Source: Macrostomum lignano (Eukaryota). From it: DNA of 47,348 nucleotides. Below, piece by piece: positions 33,967 through 44,686 of the stretch. Under the pieces are notes generated by a model, which did no database searches, was not told the DNA's origin, and saw nothing but the letters and a program-made list of their open reading frames with translations. The stretch's first letter is position 1. Each line of letters starts with the position of its first letter. The translations under genes were made by a program, and so were the position numbers. The stretch lies in the NCBI GenBank assembly GCA_002269645.1, contig NIVC01000582.1:1-47348 (forward strand). Direction: 5' to 3'.

Positions 33967-35946
33967 TTTGAAATGTATACTTTTGTTTATCTAACACAAG
34001 TTGAATATTTTGTCTAACATTGACCCGATTCTGCTATATATTTGTGTGCGTAAGTGTGTGTGTGATTTCTCTATAATTAGCATGACGCCCGATTGTGTAT
34101 GTGCTGTGTACTGTTATCTTTAAATGTATTATTTTATTGTGTCCTGGTTAATTACCCCCCAGGTATTAAGTAGCCTTAATGTTGATAGGGAGTGGAATGT
34201 AATTTATTTATTGGCTATATTTATTTTTACTACCTCTGTGTAGCAAATACAAAACTATCTTGGTAAGCGGGTTTCACTTCACATTTCCCGTGTTGAAATT
34301 ACTAATTAATTTAATTGCCTGTGCGCCATTTGAAAAGCTGTCATTTTTATTCATAAGAAACGATTAATTATCATTAGTATATTTGTTATAATATTGACGT
34401 TATTTTGTGTCATATTTAATGTGGTAGCTTAAATTAATGCTACAATATTGATTATTTATTCTGTTTTGTCATCTAGATTGTGTTGTCTGTCGGTGCCAGA
34501 ATTTGCTACACTTCCCAACCCACCTTTGTTTTATCCCGGCTGTTCAAATGGGACTCAGACATTCGCTATGGAATTATCCCCTACGGAATTTAATTTCTTT
34601 TGTCTTTAACTTCATTTCCTAAATTATAGTTGTCGTGTACTTTGGCGCTCTACTGATAAGTAGCAAAATGCGCATTTTCTTCTAGTTTTAATTTATGTAT
34701 ACTATTACTAATAATATGCGCTCGCTTTGTCATTTTCATCACTGATGCCGTTTTTTGTTGTCTGTTTTTCTCTTTTTGAATTTGCAACAACGGTTTTTTG
34801 CTTTGGTTTATGGCCAGTTTTTAATTGTCAGTAAGTTCAATGTCAGCCAGTACAGTTTCATGTCAGCTTCATGTCCGCCGCTATGCCTCTGTTGTTGTTA
34901 CTTAATTTTACCTTATAATTCCCCCCCCGAGCTGTGGGCGCCTCTTCCATTCATTTCTCGCGCTTCTGCTTTCAATTTCGGTCAAAATATTATAATAACC
35001 CCTCGCCAGCAGATTAACAAATTAATGCTTGTTCTAACCTGTTTTTTTCGCTGCAATTAAAAAAATTAAGAATTCTTCTTTCAACTGCTGCACCTGCTGC
35101 TTGACCCAATTTTAACAAATTCTTTGAATTGGACGCGTTCCACACTGTCAATGCATCAATTTTCTCTCCCCAAGTGTTTTCGTCTCCCAAATGCAGCGGC
35201 TTACTATAAGTAGAGAGAGACGCGCGTCTCAGCTTATTGTGACAGTAGAAAGAGTTAAGAATATTATAACAAAAACCAATTCGTTTTTTGTTGCCATCTC
35301 TGTGTCAGAAAATTTGATTTGCCCTTTTTTGCGTTCCGCTTTCGCCTATCTAGAGAGATCTGCGAAAAACTGTCGCAAAAAATACAACAGAAAAGCTTGC
35401 GAAGGAATTGAGAGTCTGTTGCAGCCAGCAGGCTTGATTTCAATTCCTAAAAACGATTGTGTGCGTTTTCTGGCGATTCTAAAAAACAGCTGCAAGGCCA
35501 TCTCCCTCTGTTCGTTAATTTGACAATAAATAAGACAATAGGAACAAACAATTTTACAAGCAATAAGCTGAGGTAATAGTATTTTAAGATTTTTAAGTCA
35601 TTTCATTTACTGGCATGAGAAAAGGTAGGAAAAACGGTGATAATAGAAAATCAACAATCATTTCTAACAGCTATTGACAAAAATGGCAATAAAAATCGTA
35701 CAGTTATACTACTAAGTAATCTAAGTAGCATATATAAAGAAGTTCAAATTTTGAATTAATACGAGCGTAGTTAAATTTTGATCGGATCGAATTGCACTTC
35801 AACACGCGGTATTGATTGCTCCGTCTTGATTGGTAAGGAATGGACACTTTTTAGGCTAGTTTAATTGAATTCAGCGAAAATGTGGACAAAAGAAAAATCA
35901 ATCAACCAAAAGTGAAAACTATAAGTAACAACGCTTCTGCTTTTGT

Positions 35947-36108
35947 TCAACCCAATTTTGATCGAATCTCTTTGTGCACATTCAGCAGGAAGTCCACATA
36001 GGAGGAGCCCCAGCCTTCGCCGCTCGCTGAGAAGTCGCTGGCTCGATCTTCAACCAGGAAGTTGAGAAACCACGATTCGAATTTGTCACCGGGTCGGACG
36101 ATGTACAG
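35947..36108 (-). CDS. SEC24C: Sec24C/D COPII coat subunit, terminal exon 10
   Basis: ctacag|CTG. LYIVRPGDKFESWFLNFLVEDR...SYVDFLLNVHKEIRSKLG* is the conserved Sec24 C-terminus. Confidence 0.92.
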   Translation of the reverse strand: MYIVRPGDKFESWFLNFLVEDRASDFSASGEGWGSSYVDFLLNVHKEIRSKLG

Positions 36109-36206
36109 CTGTAGGGGGGCGGCATAGAGTGCTCTGTAGCTTTGCACCCAGCGAGATCAAGAATGACAGACACTAAAACAGACAGACAGACAAAACCCAG
36201 TCCTAC

Positions 36207-36296
36207 CCTGAGATGCCGGCGGCGTCTCAACCGTATCTCGTCGACAAGTCGGCGAATCAGTCTCGAAGCTGGCGTGTCTAGCCGGGGCAGTTCCGT
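36207..36296 (-). CDS. SEC24C: Sec24C/D exon 9
   Basis: cgacag|...AGG|gtagga. TELPRLDTPASRLIRRLVDEIRLRRRRHLR. Confidence 0.88.
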
Positions 36297-36372
36297 CTGT
36301 CGGAAAGCAAATTAATAAATAAGCTTATCCACTGGTCCCTCACAGTACAGACAACATTTTAAAAAGCCTTAC

Positions 36373-36476
36373 CTGATCGCAGCGTACGTTTGCCACGGAA
36401 TTTACTCCGAAAACACTTAAAAGCCAGGTCGAACTGACCTTTGATCCCAGCCAGAGGAACATGACTATGCCGTTTT
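36373..36476 (-). CDS. SEC24C: Sec24C/D exon 8 (gelsolin-like domain)
   Basis: ttttcag|AA...CAG|gtaagg. ENGIVMFLWLGSKVSSTWLLSVFGV. Confidence 0.9.
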
Positions 36477-36705
36477 CTGAAAATACATCAACAATTTCAA
36501 GTGAAAACTCGCTACATTTCTATCAACAGTAACAGTAAAAAGTTTTAGATTCTCAAAAATTAGATTCTTAAAAATGAAGCTAATATCCGCTACTTGCTTA
36601 TTAAAAAGTAGAATAATAAGGCTTTTTTATAAAATAAAATAAGCTACTTTAAAATACATATTTGCTACTTATCTACTAACAGTAGCAGTATGAAGAAATC
36701 CTCAC

Positions 36706-36978
36706 CTAACAAGTAAACACCGTTTTGTTTTAATCGATCAACAGAGCAGCGGATTTGTTTCACATTTAACTCGCACAGATCGGCTGAGTCAGACTCTTTT
36801 CCATCTCCAACACCGTCTTGCGCCTCGTCGCTGTCTGATTCGTCATCAGCTTCTCTAGACGGCGGCAAATGGTGGACGGGCATTAGTCTGGGATAGAAGT
36901 ACACGTTCGAGGCCACGGCGTCCATCATTGAGCACAGGTACATAAGGTAGGACCGATCGTCTGTGGATATGTCAGCCC
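36706..36978 (-). CDS. SEC24C: Sec24C/D exon 7
   Basis: cgttcag|GG...G|gtgagg. ADISTDDRSYLM...YFYPRLMPVH...IRCSVDRLKQNGVYLL. Confidence 0.92.
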
Positions 36979-37057
36979 CTGAACGGAGAGAGCAAATTAA
37001 GGATAGATTTATGCGTATAGGCTGGCAGTCAGACGGTCGCACCGCCGACTAAAAGCA

Positions 37058-37260
37058 AGAAAACAGACAGTCAGAAAGACAGACAGAAAGACAGACAGAC
37101 AGACAGACAGACAGATAGACAGACGGGCAGACAGACAGACAGACACTAAGACAGGCAGGCAGACCCTAAGACAGACGAGCAGACAGACAGGCAGACAAAC
37201 AGACAGACAGACATACAGACAGACAGACGAGCAGACAGACACTAAGACAGGCAGGCAGGC

Positions 37261-37292
<32 letters not shown>

Positions 37293-37300
37293 GGTCAAGC

Positions 37301-37360
<60 letters not shown>

Positions 37361-37440
37361 AGACAGGCAGACTCAGACAGACAGACAAACAGACAGACAG
37401 ACAAACAGACAGACAGAGAGAAAGACAGGCAGACAGACAC
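37058..37440. repeat. (GACA)n microsatellite on the + strand, near the 3' end of Sec24 intron 6
   Basis: Directly visible. Contains CACTAAGACAGG variants at about 37144 and 37240. Confidence 0.95.
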
Positions 37441-37942
37441 TCGAAAAGCATAACAAGCTTTTATAATCAAATAAACATTAATAAACAAGTCCTGTTTAAA
37501 AGGATAAAAGTAAAAAAATCGCAACACACTACTGAAAATGCAGGAAAGAAACAAGAAAACAACTGCCTGTTTAAATAATAAACAAAAACGGTAAAAAAAC
37601 GAGCCAATTGAGCCAGAAGCAGTTCCCAGCTGAAAAAAAACAACACTAGCAAATTCATCCGGCATCCGATGATGAAAGTGAGCAGAGGCTGGAATACTGG
37701 TAGATCATATGCAGGGCCTTTTAAGACCAGCAGCTGACAATTACCCAGCAAATTGGAGTAGCGACTAAGTGCTGGCTTCAACGATTGACAGCTGCCTAAA
37801 TTGTGGCGTGTTCAGCATTCGCTTGCAGTGCACAATGTAATCAAGGGAGTGATTTCTAGACTGCAAGACTACGGGGCTGCGACATGACGCCAAGTCTTGC
37901 ATAAATGCTGCTGTCTTGTGCCAGACTGTGTGCACCCCCACT

Positions 37943-38027
37943 CTGTCTGTCTGTCTGTCTGTCTGTCTGCCTGCCTGCCTGCCTGTCTGCCTGCCTGTCT
38001 GTCTGTCTGCCTGCCTGTCTGTCTGCC

Positions 38028-38100
<73 letters not shown>

Positions 38101-38111
38101 GCCTGCCTGCC

Positions 38112-38162
<51 letters not shown>

Positions 38163-38218
38163 TGTCTGTCTGTCTGTCTGCCTGCCTGCCTGCCTGTCTG
38201 TCTGTCTGTCTGTCTGAC

Positions 38219-38253
<35 letters not shown>

Positions 38254-38299
38254 GTCTGTCTGTCGTCTGTCTGTCTGTCTGCCTGCCTGTCTGTCTGCC

Positions 38300-38348
<49 letters not shown>

Positions 38349-38359
38349 GCCTGCCTGCC

Positions 38360-38402
<43 letters not shown>

Positions 38403-38551
38403 TGTCTGTCTGTCTGTCTGCCTGCCTGCCTGCCTGTCTGTCTGTCTGTCTGTCTGACTGTCTGTCTGTCTGTCTGTCTGTCTGTGTCTGTCTGTCGTCT
38501 GCCTGTCTGTCTGTCTGTCTGTCTATCTGTCTGTCTGTCTGCCTGCCTGCC

Positions 38552-38586
<35 letters not shown>

Positions 38587-38614
38587 TGTCTGTCTGTCTG
38601 TCTGCCTGCCTGCC

Positions 38615-38649
<35 letters not shown>

Positions 38650-38847
38650 TGTCTGTCTGTCTGTCTGCCTGCCTGCCTGCCTGTCTGTCTGTCTGTCTGA
38701 CTGTCTGCCTGTCTGTTGTCTGTCTGTCTGCCTGCCTGCCTGTCTGTCTGTCTGTCTATCTGTCTGTCTGTCTGCCTGCCTGTCTGTCTGCCTGTCTGTC
38801 TGTTGTCTGTCTGTCTGTCTGCCTGCCTGCCTGTCTGTCTGTCTGAC

Positions 38848-38894
<47 letters not shown>

Positions 38895-38912
38895 GTCTGT
38901 CTGTCGTCTGCC

Positions 38913-38965
<53 letters not shown>

Positions 38966-39002
38966 TTTTGTCTGTCTGTCTGTCTGCCTGTCTGTCTGTC
39001 TG

Positions 39003-39052
<50 letters not shown>

Positions 39053-39098
39053 GCCTGCCTGTCTGTCTGTCTGTCGTCTGCCTGCCTGTCTGTCTGTA

Positions 39099-39181
<83 letters not shown>

Positions 39182-39216
39182 GTCTGTCTATCTGTCTGCC
39201 TGCCTGCCTGCCTGCC

Positions 39217-39277
<61 letters not shown>

Positions 39278-39298
39278 GCCTGTCTGTCTGTCGTCTGC
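37943..39298. repeat. (TGTC)n/(TGCC)n microsatellite of about 1.35 kb, at the 5' end of Sec24 intron 6
   Basis: Directly visible. Source of the VCLS/QTDR ORFs. Confidence 0.97.
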
Positions 39299-39331
39299 CC
39301 CAATACTACGCAAAACGGAACCGAACCTCAC

Positions 39332-39914
39332 CTTGAAAGGCGTCGCTCTTCACAATGGCATTAACGTACACCGGCATGAGCTTGAGCGTCTCTGGCAGGA
39401 TCAGCTGGCCCATGGAGCTGCCAGCTGAGACGCAGTGCCGCCTATAGGCAGTCAGGATGCCAACACACCGGCTGACCAGAGCGGACCTGGCTTCTAGCGG
39501 TCCCTTTTTCAGTAACAATTTCAGAGCAGCTTTGACTAACAGATTCAAGGTGGCGTCAACATCGGCCGATCGATACATATCGGCCAGCTGACCTGTGGTG
39601 GCCAAGGCCAGATTGTGCACCCGAACCCGGCGATGCCCGGACAGTCCGGTGTACAGCAGGGCGCACTGGGCCAGCACAGGCTCTGCATCGTCGTCGGCAA
39701 GTTTAGAATCGTGACGCAGTTCAACGGCCACAGCTCGATCGGACGAGAACGCGCCGGCTTCCAGTATGCCTTCGCCGACGATGTTGAAGCCGCCGTGAAT
39801 GTCGGAGCAGCTGATCCCGGCGCTGGTTCGAATCCGCATCGAACAGTCGAATGCCAGACAGTTGGATACGGCCAGTTCTAGATCGCTGGCTAGTTGATTT
39901 CCGTGCGTGTCCGA
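39332..39914 (-). CDS. SEC24C: Sec24C/D exon 6 (beta-sandwich and helical domains)
   Basis: ctgcag|TCG...G|gtgagg. FDCSMRIRTSAG...VELRHDSKL...AQCALLYTGLSGHRRVRVHNLAL...GQLILPETLKLMPVYVNAIVKSDAF. Confidence 0.95.
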
Positions 39915-40054
39915 CTGCAGTAGGTAGTGAGTAGTATAAATAGCGTTTTTTGGAATTATTGTTGCAAATTAGCAAAAATTTGTTGCGAGGTAATTTGGTA
40001 TTGATGCGACATTAAATCAACTGACTTTTTATAACTGTCTGACTTGGCGCCCAA

Positions 40055-40500
40055 GTGGCTGTCTCAGTGTCTTTCTGTCTGTCTAAGTGCTTTTCTGTCA
40101 GCCTGTCTTAGTGCCTTAAGTGTCTCAGTGTCTTTCTGTCAGTCTTAGTGCTTTTCTGTCAGCCTGTCTTAGTGCCTTAAGTGTCTCAGTGTCTTTCTGT
40201 CTGTCTTAGTGCTTTTCTGTCAGCCTGTCTTAGTGCCTTAAGTGTCTCAGTGTCTTTCTGTCTGTCTTAGTGCTTTTCTGTCAGCCTGTCTTAGTGCCTT
40301 AAGTGTCTCAGTGTCTTTCTGTCTGTCTTAGTGCTTTTCTGTCAGCCTGTCTTAGTGCCTTAAGTGTCTCAGTGTCTTTCTGTCAGTCTTAGTGCTTTTC
40401 TGTCAGCCTGTCTTAGTGCCTTAAGTGTCTCAGTGTCTTTCTGTCTGTCTTAGTGTCTTTCTGTCTGTCTTAGTGCTTTTCTGTCAGCCTGTCTTAGTGC
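40055..40500. repeat. 61-bp minisatellite built from TGTC and CTTAGTG modules, about 7 copies, Sec24 intron 5
   Basis: Period measured from CTTAGTGCTTT at 40144 and 40205. Confidence 0.92.
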
Positions 40501-40523
40501 CTTAAGTGTCTTAGTGTCTTTCC

Positions 40524-40567
<44 letters not shown>

Positions 40568-40586
40568 TAGTGTCTTAGTGTCTTAG

Positions 40587-40633
<47 letters not shown>

Positions 40634-40674
40634 CTGTCTGACTGTCTGTCTGTCTTAGTGTCTTAGTGTCTTAG

Positions 40675-40773
<99 letters not shown>

Positions 40774-40818
40774 TTGTCTGTCTGTCTGTCTGTCTATTTG
40801 TCTGTATGTCTGTCTTAG

Positions 40819-40915
<97 letters not shown>

Positions 40916-40955
40916 GACTGTCTGTCTGTCTGTCTGTCTGTCTGTCTGCCTGCCT
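40500..40955. repeat. (TGTC)n microsatellite with CTTAGTGT interruptions, Sec24 intron 5
   Basis: Directly visible. Confidence 0.95.
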
Positions 40956-41011
40956 TAGTGTCCCAGTGCAGAGGCAAAGCAACGCAAAACACGGGCGAAA
41001 AACAGCCTCAC

Positions 41012-41632
41012 CCGAAAGCTGGCATATTTATACAGAGATCCGCCAGTTATGAAAGGCAGCTGGCCCAGCGTGGCCACATCGGCATAAGCCGCATCCGTGC
41101 AGACGAACAGGTCAACACCCAGACCGGAGTCTGAGCACCGCTTAGCCAAAGCTTCGTAATAATCTCCCACAGGAGACAGCAGACTGGATTCCTTCTCAGT
41201 GCCAAGCAGCTTTCTATTGTCTCTTTGCAGCAATTTGCCTGGAGCAGATTCGCAGGTGGGCAGACCCGTGTGCAGCAGAACCAATTTGCCAACACTGCCG
41301 CAGGAAGTGAACGCGTCCAGTGTGGCTTCAACAACTGGTCCAAGTATGATGTCGGAGACTGCTGTGTCAGCGAACTGTTGCGGAATCGATTCCAATAATT
41401 GGTCGATCAACGTTGCCGATGAAGACAAGTCGACTAGGAAACCGCCGGATATTGCTGCTCCTAGAGGAGCGAATGGTTCCTCTAAATCTGACACAATTAA
41501 TGACTGCGGCTGGGACAGACTGGCTGACAGGTTGTAGAAGTGAACGCTGCGGTCGTAGGTCAGAAAGCCGACCCGAGGAGAAACTTGAGTTTGCCAGTCT
41601 GGTGCTGTCTCGCTTGGCAGGAAGGCTGGCAG
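41012..41632 (-). CDS. SEC24C: Sec24C/D exon 5 (vWA/trunk domain)
   Basis: acgcag|CTG...CGG|gtgagg, 621 nt. [16 protein letters not shown]...[18 protein letters not shown]...GVDLF...DVATLG...TGGSLYKY. Confidence 0.95.
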
Positions 41633-41694
41633 CTGCGTTTGAAGGAAGGGGTTTAAAGGGAATTTAATCGGGACGAATGGAGAACGGGAAACTA

Positions 41695-42080
41695 GATAGG
41701 ACCGGAAGTTGAGTATCTAACAATAGTTGACTGGAAGTTGATTATCTAACAATAGTTGACCGGAAGTTGATTATCTAACAATAGTTGACCGGAAGTGGAT
41801 TATCTAACAATAGTTGACCGGAAGTGGATTAGGCTAACAATAGAGAGCGGAAAGTGGATTAGCTACAATAGTTGACCGGAAGTGGATTAGCTAAAAATAT
41901 AGAACCGGAAGTGGATTAGCTAAAAATAGAGAGCGGGAAGTGGATTAGCTAAAAATATAGAACCGGAAGTGGATTAGCTAAAAATATAGAACCGGAAGTG
42001 GATTAGGCTAACAATAGAGAGCGGGAAGTGGATTAGCTACAATAGTTGACCGGAAGTGGATTAGCTAACAATAGATACTG
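41695..42080. repeat. 29-30-bp minisatellite containing ACCGGAAGT(G), about 13 copies, Sec24 intron 4
   Basis: Units such as GACCGGAAGTTGATTATCTAACAATAGTT diverge along the array. Confidence 0.9.
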
Positions 42081-42121
42081 TAATTGAACAGGAAAGCAGA
42101 GAATAACAAATTCTGCCTTAC

Positions 42122-42352
42122 TCGCCGACGCAGATGATCGCAGACCAGCGCAGTGAGGCCGGAGTGTACAGCTCTGTAGCTGACATCGATAGCGAACACG
42201 ATGCCCGGCGGTGGCGACTCGTTGAAGGTGGCGCGGTCGCCCCGGCGATATTCTAGGCCCGGGGCGGGCAGCTCGTAGGAGCCCAGACGCAGTTCCGGTC
42301 GATAGGCGGCGTCAACCCGACAGCCGGTCTGGTCCAGATGGGCGAAGTACGA
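42122..42352 (-). CDS. SEC24C: Sec24C/D exon 4
   Basis: ctgcag|TCG...CGA|gtaagg. SYFAHLDQTGCRVDAAYRPELRLGSYEL...IVFAIDVSYRAVHSG. Confidence 0.93.
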
Positions 42353-42489
42353 CTGCAGATTGTAGGGGGGGGCGCAATATGCATCGATTTTTTATTTTAC
42401 ATGGAGCTAACAGAATAAATAGATACAGACATAAGAAAAGATTAGATAACACAATATATGCTTCTAATTAAAGCATTATCGTTAAAAAC

Positions 42490-43160
42490 CGGACATAATA
42501 ATTAGGGCGCGCATTTAAAAAAAACGAAAATAATAAATAAGGGCGTGGATTCAAACAAACAAAAACAATAATCAAGGCGCGCATTTTAACAAAAAAGATA
42601 ATAAACAAGGACACGCAATTAAACAAACAAAACGATAATGATGGAGCGCGCATTAAGAAACGAAAATAAATAGGGACAAGCATTTAAACAAACTAAAATT
42701 ATAAATAGGGCGCGCATTTTAAACAAAACAAAATTTTGACTAGGGCGCGGATTCAAACAAAAGAAAATTATATAGGGGCGCGGATTCAAACAAAAGAAAA
42801 TTATAGATAGGGCGCGCATTTAAACAAAAGAAAATTATAAATAGGGCGCGCATTTAAACAAAAGAAAATTATAGATAGGGCGCGCATTTAAACAAAAAAA
42901 ATTATAAATAGGGCGCGCATTTAAACAAAAAAAATTATAAATAGGGCACGCATTAAAACAAACGAAAACTATAAATAGGGCGCGGATTTTAACTAAAGAA
43001 AGTTATGAATAGAGCGCGCATTAAAACAAACGAAAATTATAAATAGGGCGCGGATTTTAACTAAAGAAAATTATAAATAGCGCGCATTTAAACAAAATAA
43101 AATTATAAATAGGGCGCGCATTTTAACTAAAGAAAATTATAAATAGGGCGCGCATTTTAA
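42490..43160. repeat. About 34-bp AT-rich minisatellite (TATAAATAGGGCGCGCATTTAAACAAAAGAAAAT), Sec24 intron 3
   Basis: Period measured from AGGGCG at 42843 and 42877. The left part is degenerate. Confidence 0.9.
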
Positions 43161-43165
43161 CAAAC

Positions 43166-43703
43166 CTGAGGCGTATCTGTCCGCGCCCCGCAGAAGCCGC
43201 ACTGGAAGCGCCGGCCGCCATCAAGCCAGGCCATGTAGGGACTCATGTAGGCTCGACAGCGAATGCATCGAACAATCGAATCTTCGCCGCCGCCGCCGCC
43301 GCCGGAGCCGCCTAGCCCGCTAGTTGCTATGGAAACCGAACCGCCCGAGCCGGATTTTGTAGCAGGCATCATTGGCGCTACAATCAGGCCCATAGCCAGG
43401 CCGCCAGACGATTTCAACAGGTCGCTAGTCCGTGGCACCGAACTCAGAGTTGGCCGCATGAACGTAGGCAGACTCGAGCCGCAGTCGGTCATGATCAGCC
43501 GGTCAACCGAGGTCACCAGCGGAGGCGGCCGGCCAATATTGGCCGGGCCAGACTCGTAATGGCAGGTTCCGCTTGACGACAAACTCGCGGAGGCTTGGAA
43601 TCGGCGAAGATCGTCTTCGAGCACGTGGACTGCCGATGGCATCTGGTCGGGATGGAGACTGCGCTGCTGCTGCTGGGAGATCTGCCATTGTTGGGAATAT
43701 AGT
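43166..43703 (-). CDS. SEC24C: Sec24C/D exon 3 (includes the zinc finger); the acceptor position is uncertain
   Basis: HPDQMPSAVHVLEDD...PPLVTS...DCGSSLPTFMRPTL...RCIRCRAYMSPY...FQCGFC. Donor CAG|gtttgt. Confidence 0.88.
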
Positions 43704-43842
43704 CTTTTTCAGTTGGACATTTCTTTGCGCCAAACTCTATACTTTCTACTTATTAGTAGGTAACCTCTAACATTCCGAGTATTATTTAGGATCTTTTAAA
43801 GATTAAAATACACTATAGGAAGTGAAAAATGAATCAGCTAAC

Positions 43843-44522
43843 CGAATATTAGCTGGTGGCGACATCTGATGAATGCCAGGTTGCTGCGCTGATGATTGAG
43901 TCAGCTGATTTGGCTGATAATTTGCCGTTGAAGGTGCCGGATAGCCCAGAGGCTGTTGCGGGTAGCCCTGGGTAGGAGGCGGCGGAGGATGTCTCTGGGG
44001 CGCTTGCGGGGGCGGAAAACCCTGGGACGGATGACTCTGTGGCGGTTGTGGGGGCGGAAAACCCTGGGGCGGATGACTCTGCGGTGGTTGCTGGGGCGGA
44101 AAACCCTGGGGTGGATGACTCTGCGGTGGTTGCGGGGGCGGAAAACCCTGGGGTGGATGACTCTGCGGTGGTTGCGGGGGGGAAAACCCTGGGTGGATGA
44201 CTCTGCGGTGGTTGCGGGGGCGGAAAACCCTGGGGTGGATGACTCTGCGGCGGTTGCGGGGGTGGAAAACCCTGGGGTGGATGACTCTGCGGCGGGTGTG
44301 AGGGCGGGTGGCTCTGGGGCGGGTGTGGGGGCGGAAAACCTTGGGCGGATGACTCTGGGGCGGGTGTGGAGGCGGATGACTCTGGGCGGATGTGGGGGCG
44401 GATGACTCTGATATGCCTGTGGCAGTTGCAGTTGACCAGGAGGCCCATTGTATTGACTAGGTGGCACTGGTGCCCGAGTCTGCTGTCCATTCTGAGCAGG
44501 GTGTCGCGCTGGGGGAGGAGCG
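43843..44522 (-). CDS. SEC24C: Sec24C/D exon 2 (Pro/Gln-rich N-terminus, coding 42-bp repeat); frameshifted as given
   Basis: tttcag|C...CG|gttagc. QGFPPPQPPQSHPP repeats are split among three frames by single-base deletions in G/C runs. Confidence 0.7.
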
Positions 44523-44606
44523 CTGAAACAGATGTTTGATCAGTTTACATAATTAATTGGGTAATTAACTTGTCAATGAGTCAATTAGACTTAAAAAAGA
44601 ACTTAC

Positions 44607-44686
44607 ACAGCTTGGCTAACCCCAGTTGAATTGTATTGAGCTGGTGCCCATTGCTTCTGTTGTATCTCTGGCTTCTGGCTTTTCAT
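44607..44686 (-). CDS. SEC24C: Probable Sec24C/D first coding exon
   Basis: ATG at 44686 with an upstream in-frame stop. MKSQKPEIQQKQWAPAQYNSTGVSQA, then a perfect donor GT|gtaagt whose phase matches exon 2. Confidence 0.6.

Noticed and set aside
37600-37930. hAT/BED-like fragments (NTSKFIRHP; HSLAVHNVIK) in the spacer between the inverted microsatellites
   Set aside because: There are multiple stops and only a few matching residues; the similarity is too weak to call by eye.
37009-40992. VCLS / QTDR repeat ORFs up to 512 aa
   Set aside because: They are translations of (TGTC)n/(GACA)n microsatellites lying within Sec24 introns bounded by canonical splice sites.
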